Origin: an uncultured Bacilli bacterium
GTDB lineage: Bacteria; Bacillota_I; Bacilli_A; RF39; UBA660
Direction of reading: 5' to 3'
DNA: 45,390 nt
NCBI GenBank assembly: GCA_947632265.1
Contig: CANROP010000001.1
Span: 1-45,390, forward strand
Shown here in pieces: positions 6,874-14,948 of this stretch; position 1 is the stretch's first letter, and each line of letters opens with the position of its first letter. Below the pieces are notes generated by a model. The model saw nothing but the letters and a program-made list of their open reading frames with translations. It had not been told where the DNA came from and ran no database searches. The translations under genes and the position numbers were made by a program.

Positions 6874-8784
6874 CTAACTTATTTTATAATTATCTTCAAG
6901 TGAGAACTCTACATTTTCTTCTATCCAATCTTTTCTAGGATCAACTTTATCTCCCATAAGGACACTAACTCTTTTTTCAGCAAGAGCTGCATCTGTTATA
7001 TTTACTTTAATTAAACTTCTCGTTTTAGGATCCATAGTAGTTTCCCATAATTGATTCGCATCCATCTCTCCTAAACCTTTATATCTTTGTGTTTTAGTTT
7101 GTTTACCTTTAAACTTTTCAAGTAGATTTTTTCTATCTTCTTCTGTCCATGCATAATAGCCTTCCTTACCACATTCTATTTTATAAAGTGGTGGCATCGC
7201 TATATAAAGGTGTCCCTGTTCTATTAAAGGTTTCATATATCTATAGAAAAATGTTAAAAGTAATATCTGAATATGTGATCCATCTACATCAGCATCTGTC
7301 ATAATTATTACTTTATCATAATTACTTTCACTTACATCAAAACTAGAGCCTACTCCTGCTCCTATCGCATATATCATAGTATTTATTTCTTCATTTTTAT
7401 ATGCTTCATCTAAAGAAGCTTTTTCTGTATTTAAAACTTTACCTCTTAATGGTAGTATTGCTTGATATTTACGATCCCTACCAGTTTTCGCACTTCCACC
7501 AGCAGAATCTCCCTCTACTAAGAATAGTTCATTTATTTTAGGATTTTTACTTTGAGCTGGTGTTAATTTACCACTAATAGTTCTTTCATTTTTATCTTTT
7601 TTCTTACCATTTCTTGCTTCATCTCTCGCTTTTCTCGCTGCTTCACGTGCATTACGACTTTTTAATATTTTATCTAGTATTGTAGTTGCGATTGCTTTAT
7701 TCTCTTCTAAGAAGAATTGTAATTTTTCAGATACTATACTATCTACTACAGGACGAGCTATAGGTGTACCTAGTTTACCTTTTGTCTGGCCTTCAAATTG
7801 TAATAATTCTTCTGGTATTTTTAAGCTTATTACAGCAGTTAATCCCTCTCTTGTATCTGGACCTTCTAAATTTTTATCTTTAGCTTTAAGATATCCATTA
7901 TTTCTTGCATACTCATTAAATACACGAGTGAGTGCGGTTTTAAATCCAACCTCATGACTTCCGCCATCACTAGTTTTAACGTTATTTACAAATGATACTA
8001 TATTTTCAGCATAAGAATCTGTATATTGGAATGCTACTTTAACATCTATTTTATCTTTAGAGCCACTTATTACCATAGTTTTATGTAATTCATTTTTATC
8101 TTCGTTTATATATTCTACAAATGCTTTTAATCCATCTTCATAACAAAAAGTTTCATGTTTATTATCTTCTTCATCTGTTACTTCTATAGTAAGTCCTTCT
8201 AGTAAGAAAGCACTCTCCTGCATTCTTTCACATATAGTTGTAAACGAAAAATTAGTAGTTGAAAATATCTCATCATCTGGCATAAATCTTACTTTAGTAC
8301 CAGTTTTACTAGTTTTATCTCTTTTAGTTAATGGTACATCAACTTCTCCACCATTTTTAAATCTAATGAAATATTCATACCCATCTCTTTTAATTGTTAC
8401 TTCCATCCATTTAGATAATGCATTTACTACGGATGCTCCAACGCCATGTAGTCCGCCAGATACAGTATAACCACTTGATTCGAATTTACCTCCTGCATGA
8501 AGAACTGTATAAATTACTTCTGGAGTAGTTCTTCCACTTGAATGCATACCAACAGGAACTCCACGTCCTTCATCTTCGACACTTATACTGTGATCTTTAT
8601 GAATTATTATTTTTATTTTATTACCAAAGCCATTGATAACCTCATCTATACTATTATCAACGATTTCCCATACTAAATGATGAAGTCCTCTTTTATCAGT
8701 TGAACCAATATACATTCCTGGTCTTTTTCTAACTGCTTCAAGTCCTTCTAATATTTTTATTGAGCTTTCATCATACTTTACCAT
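6874..8784 (-). CDS. parE: DNA topoisomerase IV subunit B
   Basis: LEGLEAVRKRPGMYIGST is the GHKL ATPase N-terminus. The TOPRIM motifs EGDSAGG and IMTDADVDGSHI are present. It is called ParE rather than GyrB because its partner is ParC-type. Confidence 0.85.
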   Translation of the reverse strand: MVKYDESSIKILEGLEAVRKRPGMYIGSTDKRGLHHLVWEIVDNSIDEVINGFGNKIKIIIHKDHSISVEDEGRGVPVGMHSSGRTTPEVIYTVLHAGGKFESSGYTVSGGLHGVGASVVNALSKWMEVTIKRDGYEYFIRFKNGGEVDVPLTKRDKTSKTGTKVRFMPDDEIFSTTNFSFTTICERMQESAFLLEGLTIEVTDEEDNKHETFCYEDGLKAFVEYINEDKNELHKTMVISGSKDKIDVKVAFQYTDSYAENIVSFVNNVKTSDGGSHEVGFKTALTRVFNEYARNNGYLKAKDKNLEGPDTREGLTAVISLKIPEELLQFEGQTKGKLGTPIARPVVDSIVSEKLQFFLEENKAIATTILDKILKSRNAREAARKARDEARNGKKKDKNERTISGKLTPAQSKNPKINELFLVEGDSAGGSAKTGRDRKYQAILPLRGKVLNTEKASLDEAYKNEEINTMIYAIGAGVGSSFDVSESNYDKVIIMTDADVDGSHIQILLLTFFYRYMKPLIEQGHLYIAMPPLYKIECGKEGYYAWTEEDRKNLLEKFKGKQTKTQRYKGLGEMDANQLWETTMDPKTRSLIKVNITDAALAEKRVSVLMGDKVDPRKDWIEENVEFSLEDNYKIS

Positions 8785-9026
8785 ATCTATTCACCTAACA
8801 CATTATAGCATACTTTTAAAATCAAAGTCAAAGAAAAAATGTTTTATTGTGTTGTTAATATTAATATTTTAAAAATATATATTTAAAATATTAATTAAAA
8901 GTATGAAAAAATTTTAAAAATACTAAATTTAAAAAATGAATAGTAAAAAATGCAGAAATTAAAAAAAATGTACACAGAAATTTAAATTCTGTATTTTTTT
9001 GTGTTCAAAACGTTAAAAATGCATCT

Positions 9027-9055
9027 TTGACTTTAGTTTATGGGTATTATATAAT
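9027..9055 (+). promoter_or_regulatory. Sigma-A type promoter for the Rpn-like gene
   Basis: TTGACT (9027-9032), a 17-nt spacer, then TATAAT (9050-9055). The RBS GAAAGGAG precedes the ATG at 9079. Confidence 0.55.
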
Positions 9056-9078
9056 GCAACTTGAAAGGAGAATAAATC

Positions 9079-9942
9079 ATGGAAAATCTTAAATTTATAC
9101 CGATAAGGTACGATAAAATGTATAAAAAAATATTTATTATTGGAAAAGATAAACGTATACCTAGTCTTTTAATAAAAGAAACATCTGAAGTAGATAGTGA
9201 AATAGAAACATTTATATATCCAGAGATAATAAATTTTCCATATAAAGAAAAAAGCACTATAGTAGACTTGATAGCTAGATTAGAAAACAAAACAATAATT
9301 GGTATAGAATTAAATACAGTTGTAAACAATATGATAATGGAAAGAAATTTCTTCTATATGAACAAAATTGCAGTTGTTTCATCAGATCAAGCAAAAAACT
9401 ATGATGATTTTGAGAAACAAATTCAAGTTAATTTGAATTTTGAAGGTGAGTTTATAGATCCTATAGATCACATAAACTTAATAATAAGAGGAACAGATAA
9501 AATATATCTGGATTCAATGGAAATAATACGTATAAATATTCCATATTTTGTTAAACTGTGTTACAATAAAGATGTAAGCGAATTAAGCATAAAAGAAAGA
9601 TTATTAGGAATGATAGGGTCAGAAGATATAGAATTATCAAAGAAGCTTGCGAAAGGAGATGAAATTTTAGAAATGATACTAAAAAAACAATTAAGATATA
9701 GTCAAGGTAAAAGGTTGGGATTACTTTATGATAAAGATGAGTTAATAAAAGCATCATACGAGAAATCAATGAAAGAAAGGTACGAAAAAGGAAAACTTGA
9801 AGGAAAACTTGAGGGAAAACTTGAGGGAAAAAAAGAAGGAATAAAATCTACTGTAAAAAATTTACTTAAAAAGAATATAGATATAAACATTATATCAGAA
9901 GCTACAGGACTATCAATTAGTGAAATAAATGAGTTAAGATAA
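9079..9942 (+). CDS. Rpn-family / PD-(D/E)XK nuclease-like (transposase_31-like) protein
   Basis: The N-terminal D..FKKIF-like segment, the core VDLIARLENKTIIGIELN (D...E.x pattern) and the C-terminal tail ATGLSISEINEL are typical of this family. It carries an internal (GKLE)x3 repeat. Confidence 0.5.
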   Translation: MENLKFIPIRYDKMYKKIFIIGKDKRIPSLLIKETSEVDSEIETFIYPEIINFPYKEKSTIVDLIARLENKTIIGIELNTVVNNMIMERNFFYMNKIAVVSSDQAKNYDDFEKQIQVNLNFEGEFIDPIDHINLIIRGTDKIYLDSMEIIRINIPYFVKLCYNKDVSELSIKERLLGMIGSEDIELSKKLAKGDEILEMILKKQLRYSQGKRLGLLYDKDELIKASYEKSMKERYEKGKLEGKLEGKLEGKKEGIKSTVKNLLKKNIDINIISEATGLSISEINELR

Positions 9943-9957
9943 TTAACTCATTTTTTA
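9931..9957 (+). terminator. Rho-independent terminator
   Basis: Stem gagttaa/ttaactc overlaps the stop codon and is followed by TTTTTT. Confidence 0.6.
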
Positions 9958-10019
9958 TTAGTATTATTTAAAATAAATTATATTTTAAACTTTTCCATTC
10001 ATGTTTAATAGAAAAAATA

Positions 10020-10060
10020 AGAAGAAAAATTTATAATATAAAATTCTAAATTTTTCTTCT
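10020..10060. terminator. Bidirectional terminator hairpin
   Basis: A 13-bp stem agaagaaaaattt/aaatttttcttct with T-runs on both sides, just downstream of the minus-strand pilin-like gene. Confidence 0.6.
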
Positions 10061-10095
10061 TTTTCATGTTTTATTTTAACTATAAATAATAACTA

Positions 10096-11013
10096 TTATT
10101 CTACATTTATTACTCTTTTTTTAGTAGAAGTATTACCACTTGGATCTTTTGCAGAATATTCTACTACATATTTATTAGAGATATTTATATTAAATGAATC
10201 ATCTTCTTTAATAGAAATATCACACTTCCCACTATTATCAGTACAAGTGACTCCTTCCATTAAATCAAAATTAGTATCACCCAAACTTACAGTAGAACTT
10301 TCTGGAACATTAATAATAGGAAGAGAATTATCTGTTACTATTACACTTCTAACTACAACATTAGAATTTCCAAAATCATCTACAACAGTATAATATATAT
10401 AATATATTCCAGCAATACTTGTATCTACTATATCTACACTATTATCATCTTTAATTATAGTAATTATAACTCTACTTGTTAAATCTACTCCATTACTTGA
10501 TGTTGCAGTATATTTTTGATCTTCAAATACACTATTTAAATCTATCTCAGTTACATAATTACCTTTTGAATCCTGTGGAAGTCCAGTAAGTATTATACTA
10601 GGCTTTTCGCTAGTAGATTCAGTATCTTCTACCTTATATAAATAATCTCCATATTTTTTAGAATTTGTAGGTTTATTTTTATAGCTTGAACCCACATTAG
10701 ATATACTTATAACTAAGTCATTAGAAAATGGCTCTCTAGTTTTAGGATTGATTAAATTTGAATCTAACAATGACTCACTTTTCAATAAAGCAAGTGTTAC
10801 ATAAATTTTACTATCATCATCTGGTAATTTAGATGGATTTTTTAAAGACCAATCATATGCAGCAGATAAAATGCTATCGATCTGTTTTTCATAAGTAACA
10901 TTCTTACTATTATCTATAACTTTATTTACACTTGGATATACAATCATAAATATTATTAATAATAGAACAAAAACAGCAAGTAATTCTGCTAAGGTAAAAC
11001 CTTTGTTATTCAT
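10096..11013 (-). CDS. Prepilin-type N-terminal cleavage/methylation domain protein with C-terminal Ig-like domains
   Basis: MNNKGFTLAELLAVFVLLLII is the class III signal (G/FTLxE plus a hydrophobic helix). The C-terminal half is a beta-rich repeat resembling bacterial Ig-like domains. The start is set at ATG 11011-11013, 5 nt after GAGGTG; the track start at 11025 is a TTG. Confidence 0.7.
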   Translation of the reverse strand: MNNKGFTLAELLAVFVLLLIIFMIVYPSVNKVIDNSKNVTYEKQIDSILSAAYDWSLKNPSKLPDDDSKIYVTLALLKSESLLDSNLINPKTREPFSNDLVISISNVGSSYKNKPTNSKKYGDYLYKVEDTESTSEKPSIILTGLPQDSKGNYVTEIDLNSVFEDQKYTATSSNGVDLTSRVIITIIKDDNSVDIVDTSIAGIYYIYYTVVDDFGNSNVVVRSVIVTDNSLPIINVPESSTVSLGDTNFDLMEGVTCTDNSGKCDISIKEDDSFNINISNKYVVEYSAKDPSGNTSTKKRVINVE

Positions 11014-11021
11014 AATACACC

Positions 11022-11567
11022 TCAATTTCTTTTAAATATGCTTAAGACACGTGCAAAAACATATAATATCTCATTACTCTTACTCATTGCAAGACCTTTT
11101 TCTATAGCTTTACCACCTATAGTTATAGATGATATTATACTCATTGTAATTAATGTTACAACAAGACTATTAAAATTAAAATTTTCTGTTATTTTTAATG
11201 CTATAACCGCACCTGTAGATCCTGATATAATTCCACATATATCTCCAACTACATCGTTACAAAAACTAGATACTTTATCTGCATTCTTTTTTAATCTAAC
11301 TGCCATCTTCGCACCCTTAACACTTCTAGCTGACATCGAATGGAATACAGCTTCATCTGCGGATGCTACAGCAACCCCTATCATATCAAATAAAACTCCT
11401 ATAAAGATAAATAAAAGTGTAAGAAGTATACCAATTATAATGTTTACGTTTGGTATTGCTGTTTCAGATATAAATGTAAAAGCAATCGATATTAAGAAAG
11501 CTAAAAGTACAAGTTTTCCTATCCATACATAATCAACTAACTTTTTCTTTTTAGGATTCTTTTTCAT
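11022..11567 (-). CDS. Multi-pass membrane protein, possibly DUF21/CNNM-like
   Basis: It has four predicted hydrophobic helices. The segment ASADEAVFHSMSARSVKGAKMAVRLKKNADKVSSFCNDVVGDI loosely resembles the DUF21 pattern. This is a low-confidence family call. Confidence 0.4.
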   Translation of the reverse strand: MKKNPKKKKLVDYVWIGKLVLLAFLISIAFTFISETAIPNVNIIIGILLTLLFIFIGVLFDMIGVAVASADEAVFHSMSARSVKGAKMAVRLKKNADKVSSFCNDVVGDICGIISGSTGAVIALKITENFNFNSLVVTLITMSIISSITIGGKAIEKGLAMSKSNEILYVFARVLSIFKRN

Positions 11568-11576
11568 TTTATCAAC

Positions 11577-12083
11577 CTATCTTATATAATCAAGTAATCC
11601 TGAATCAATACTAGAATCTTGATTATTTTCTTCAACATCTGTTTCATCAAGTGTATTTTTATCATTTGGATCTTCTTTAATACTATCATTATTTTTATTT
11701 ACATTTTGCTCATTTTGACTTATTATTTCATCTTTTTTATTTAATAAACCTAATACAAAAAATACTGATAAAATAATAACTATTAAATATAATACTAGAA
11801 CAATTATATATTCCTTTTTAATTTTCTTTTCTTTTTCTACAAAGTCATCTGCCATATCATTATTTGTTTCGTCTTTTTTTAAATCTTCTAATACATCATC
11901 TTCTTTAGATGTTTCATCTACTAATTTTTTAGTATCTTCAACTTCATTATTATCACTAGTTTCTTCTTCATTTATTTCTTCTAATTCATTAGTTGTGTTA
12001 AGTGTTTCATCTACTAGTTCTTCACTATTTTCAACTTCATTATTATCACTAGTTTCTTCTTTTATTAATTCTTCATCATTCAT
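11577..12083 (-). CDS. Highly acidic repeat protein with a single transmembrane helix
   Basis: The start is set at MNDEELIKEE (ATG 12081-12083, RBS AGGTGA), because the longer track start at 12155 would overlap a terminator hairpin. A 30-nt exact internal repeat (11937-11966 = 12031-12060) encodes ETSDNNEVE twice. The TM segment is IIVLVLYLIVIILSVFFVLGLL. Confidence 0.5.
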   Translation of the reverse strand: MNDEELIKEETSDNNEVENSEELVDETLNTTNELEEINEEETSDNNEVEDTKKLVDETSKEDDVLEDLKKDETNNDMADDFVEKEKKIKKEYIIVLVLYLIVIILSVFFVLGLLNKKDEIISQNEQNVNKNNDSIKEDPNDKNTLDETDVEENNQDSSIDSGLLDYIR

Positions 12084-12125
12084 ACTATCACCTATAGTAA
12101 GTATAACATAAAAAAAATATTTAGT

Positions 12126-12152
12126 AAACAAAAAAAGGCAATTTGCCTTTCT
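12126..12152 (-). terminator. Rho-independent terminator closing the large ncRNA candidate
   Basis: The minus strand reads AAAGGC-AAAUU-GCCUUU followed by UUUUG (seven U in a row counting the stem), i.e. aaaggcaaattgcctttttttg. Confidence 0.5.
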
Positions 12153-12742
12153 CACACTTCATTATGGCGTTAATACAGTTAACTTTACGTCATAGGTCAA
12201 GTCGGATTTCCCTAAAACTTACTTACCGTTACCAATAAGCGGTTCCCCTTTAAAAGTTTCAGTATATTGTCGCCAAATACACTACTTGATTGCCACTTAG
12301 TACGCACTGCAATCCCATATTAACAACACTCTAGGAGATTTCCTCACCACTATTTACTATTAATTCTTTTTTGCAAATAATATTTCAAATTGCACTCCTC
12401 TAGGTTCTAGCTAAAAACTTATAGAAATGTTTATTCAATTATCCCAATTATTCACTCAAGACAAGCTACGCTACCCGCAACTTTCATCGCTTGGTAGGTT
12501 TAATCTCACTTCGTATTCAGTCCGTCAGTAAATTACGTATAGGCTAAACACAATAGTAAGTCTCCACGAATGGTGGGTCATTTGCATATGCCATTATGGA
12601 TGCCCAACACTCTCATTTCCAGCACTCACCCCAATCTGGGCGAAAGAAGCAAGCACCAAAAGTTTCACAGATATGCTCTTTAGCGGATTTTTAGCCCCGC
12701 CTTCATAATAAATATAATGACTAGAATAATGTGCCATCAACG
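12126..12742 (-). ncRNA. Candidate large structured non-coding RNA (about 615 nt), class unknown
   Basis: The ORF track lists no ORF (shortest listed is 62 aa) in any frame. G+C is much higher than in the flanks. A consensus promoter lies immediately upstream and a terminator at the 3' end. There are several stable hairpins, including a GAAA-capped one (12471-12497). See findings. Confidence 0.6.
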
Positions 12743-12748
12743 ATTACC

Positions 12749-12777
12749 ATTATAGCAAATTTACACTTTTTTGTCAA
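12749..12777 (-). promoter_or_regulatory. Exact consensus sigma-A promoter
   Basis: On the minus strand TTGACA (12772-12777), a 17-nt spacer, then TATAAT (12749-12754). Confidence 0.7.
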
Positions 12778-12862
12778 ATTGGCTATTTTTTTAAATTTTC
12801 TTATGAAAATCTATTTACTTTTATTATATTATATGCACTTCTTTAATAAATAATAATATATT

Positions 12863-13351
12863 TTAACTCAAGTATGAATCTATATCTTGTTTTAATAATT
12901 TAACAAAATTTTCATTATTACTTTTATATTTTTTTGGTTTAAAATCTTTAACTTTTTTTAATAATTCTTCTAATTTATCAAAATCTTCTAAATTTAAAAT
13001 ATAACCATTATTAGAAAAATTTTCTATTATCTGTAATTGATGATCATTAGTGTGTTCTCCATATTTTTTTAATCGTGCAGCAGCTATTACTTTTTTATTA
13101 TGTTTTAATCCAGATAGTATTGACCCTACTCCACCATGTGTAATTAATAAATCACAACTGCTAATTAATTTATCAAATTCATCCATAGGTATTAAATTAA
13201 AAATCTCCATATTATTTGATTTAAAATCACTAGAAAATCCTGCTTGTACTATTACTTTATCTTTTATTACACCTTTATCTATAAGTTTTTGAACTGATTC
13301 TAACAATCTATAAAATTTTTTATCTTGTGTACCTAATGTAACTAAAATCAT
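12863..13351 (-). CDS. PssE/Cps14G-type glycosyltransferase subunit (Alg13-like, GT28 C-terminal domain)
   Basis: Motifs MILVTLGTQ and ITHGGVGS are present and the protein is about 160 aa. The start ATG overlaps the upstream stop (TAATG) and a GGGGGTGG RBS precedes it. It pairs with an Alg14-like gene. Confidence 0.8.
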   Translation of the reverse strand: MILVTLGTQDKKFYRLLESVQKLIDKGVIKDKVIVQAGFSSDFKSNNMEIFNLIPMDEFDKLISSCDLLITHGGVGSILSGLKHNKKVIAAARLKKYGEHTNDHQLQIIENFSNNGYILNLEDFDKLEELLKKVKDFKPKKYKSNNENFVKLLKQDIDSYLS

Positions 13352-13818
13352 TAGTAAATCCACCCCCTATAGATTGCATTTGGATAAAGTTCTAACATAC
13401 TTTCCCACTGTACAATAAATTTATCAGCTATTCTATAAACTAATTTACCTGATAATGTTTTAGTTTTGTTATTAGCAAACGTTTCAATAAATATTATCTT
13501 ACTTCTAAATAATTTTCCTATATAACACATAGGAACAGCAGTATGTGTTCCTGTAGTTACAATTACTTTTGGTCTTATTTTTAAATATAATATTAAAGAT
13601 TTAAAACTATTATAAGCAAACTTAAATATATATGAAAATTTATGATCTTTTGTCCCATAAACTAAATAGTTTACATGATTAAATTTATTTTTTAATCCAA
13701 TAGTAGAATCTGTTTTTTCAGTTATCAAATAACTATTGTATTCTTTAAATAAAGGTTCTAATTGTAGTAGTTCACTTAAATGTCCACCTGTAGATGCGAT
13801 AAAAAGAACTTTCTTCAT
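13351..13818 (-). CDS. PssD/Cps14F-type glycosyltransferase subunit (Alg14-like)
   Basis: The N-terminus KKVLFIASTGGHLSELLQL is present and the protein is about 155 aa. It lies adjacent to the Alg13-like partner. Confidence 0.8.
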   Translation of the reverse strand: MKKVLFIASTGGHLSELLQLEPLFKEYNSYLITEKTDSTIGLKNKFNHVNYLVYGTKDHKFSYIFKFAYNSFKSLILYLKIRPKVIVTTGTHTAVPMCYIGKLFRSKIIFIETFANNKTKTLSGKLVYRIADKFIVQWESMLELYPNAIYRGWIY

Positions 13819-13838
13819 CCTACACCTCTTTTAATTTA

Positions 13839-14948
13839 TTAAATAAAATCCTTATATCTTTCTATTATAGCATCCACAATTCTTTTACTTGCTTGTCCAT
13901 CTCCATATGGATTAGATGCTTTACTCATATTATCGTATGTTTTTTTATTTAGTAATAATTCTTTTGTATTTTCATAAATTGACTCTTCATCAGTTCCAAC
14001 TAATCTTAATGTCCCTGCTTCTATACCCTCTGGTCTTTCTGTTGTATCTCTAAGTACTAATACAGGTTTTCCTAATGATGGTGCTTCCTCTTGTATTCCA
14101 CCACTATCAGTTAAAATTATATATGATTTATTAATAAAGTTATGAAAATCTAATACTTCTAATGGTTCGATTAATTTAACTCGATCGCAATCCTTAAATA
14201 CAGCAAGTGCGACCTCTCTAACTTTAGGATTCATATGTATTGGATATACCACTTTTACATCGTCAAATTCATCTACAATTCTTTTTATAGCAGTAAATAT
14301 TCTTCTCATAGGTTCTCCTAAATTTTCACGACGATGCGCGGTTAATAAAATCATTTTATCAGATGAAACCCAATCTAATACCTCATGTTTATAATCATCT
14401 CTAACTGTTGTTGACATAGCATCTATAACCGTATTACCAGTTATATATATATTATCTTTATCTTTACCTTCTTTAATTAAGTTATCCGCACTAAGTTTAG
14501 TAGGAGCAAAATGTAAATCTGCTAAACAACTTACCATCTGTCTATTCATTTCTTCTGGATATGGAGAATATTTATCATAAGTTCTAAGACCTGCCTCTAC
14601 ATGTCCAATATCTACTTGATTATAGAATGCAGCTAATGCACCTGCAAACGTTGTTGTTGTATCTCCATGAACTAATATAAGATTAGGATTTACTTCTTTT
14701 ATAACACTTTCTAATCCTAGAATAGCTCTTGTAGTTACATCAGTTAATGTCTGACCTTGCTTCATTATATTTAAATCATAATCTGATTTAATATTAAATG
14801 CATCCATAACTTGATCTAACATTTGTCTGTGTTGCGCAGTAACACAGACTACACATTCTATCTCTTTTCTTTTTTTTAATTCGTTTACAAGTGGAGCCAT
14901 CTTAATAGCTTCAGGTCTTGTGCCAAATATTGTCATTACTTTAATCAT
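13839..14948 (-). CDS. wecB: UDP-N-acetylglucosamine 2-epimerase (non-hydrolysing)
   Basis: Motifs TIFGTRPEAIKMAPL, VHGDTTT, HVEAGLRT and DSGGIQEEAPSLGKPVLVLR are present. Confidence 0.9.
   Translation of the reverse strand: MIKVMTIFGTRPEAIKMAPLVNELKKRKEIECVVCVTAQHRQMLDQVMDAFNIKSDYDLNIMKQGQTLTDVTTRAILGLESVIKEVNPNLILVHGDTTTTFAGALAAFYNQVDIGHVEAGLRTYDKYSPYPEEMNRQMVSCLADLHFAPTKLSADNLIKEGKDKDNIYITGNTVIDAMSTTVRDDYKHEVLDWVSSDKMILLTAHRRENLGEPMRRIFTAIKRIVDEFDDVKVVYPIHMNPKVREVALAVFKDCDRVKLIEPLEVLDFHNFINKSYIILTDSGGIQEEAPSLGKPVLVLRDTTERPEGIEAGTLRLVGTDEESIYENTKELLLNKKTYDNMSKASNPYGDGQASKRIVDAIIERYKDFI

Noticed and set aside
3362-8784. Calling the topoisomerase pair gyrB/gyrA.
   Set aside because: The A subunit has KPVQRRIL (ParC-type) rather than KPVHRRIL. 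It lacks a GyrA-box in the C-terminal domain, and the locus is not next to dnaA/dnaN/recF. A residual uncertainty remains for the B subunit on its own.
8965-9000. The hairpin acagaa.../...ttctgt flanked by A- and T-runs upstream of parE, as a functional terminator or attenuator.
   Set aside because: The stem is short and AT-rich in an extremely AT-rich intergenic region, and no upstream transcript obviously needs terminating there. Such structures arise by chance at this base composition.
11577-12155. The ORF-track N-terminal extension MRKANCLFLFTKYFFYVILTIGDS of the acidic protein.
   Set aside because: This extension overlaps the hairpin/U-tract terminator at 12126-12152 and has no RBS. The internal ATG at 12083 has an AGGTGA RBS.
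12126-12742. The large GC-rich block as RNase P RNA, tmRNA, SRP RNA, an rRNA fragment, a group II intron or a pseudogene.
   Set aside because: There is no GAGGAAAGUCC-type P4 sequence. A GGGGAACC...UAACGG resemblance to Bacillus RNase P occurs in the wrong order and context. There is no tmRNA GGGG...UCCACCA termini or tRNA-like T-arm, and no SRP GGAA/AGCA domain IV. The GCGAUGAAAGUUGC hairpin resembles the upper part of a group II domain V, but it lacks the AGC triad and bulge geometry, and there is no 5' GUGYG. No frame gives protein-like translation. All of this is by eye and needs cmscan.
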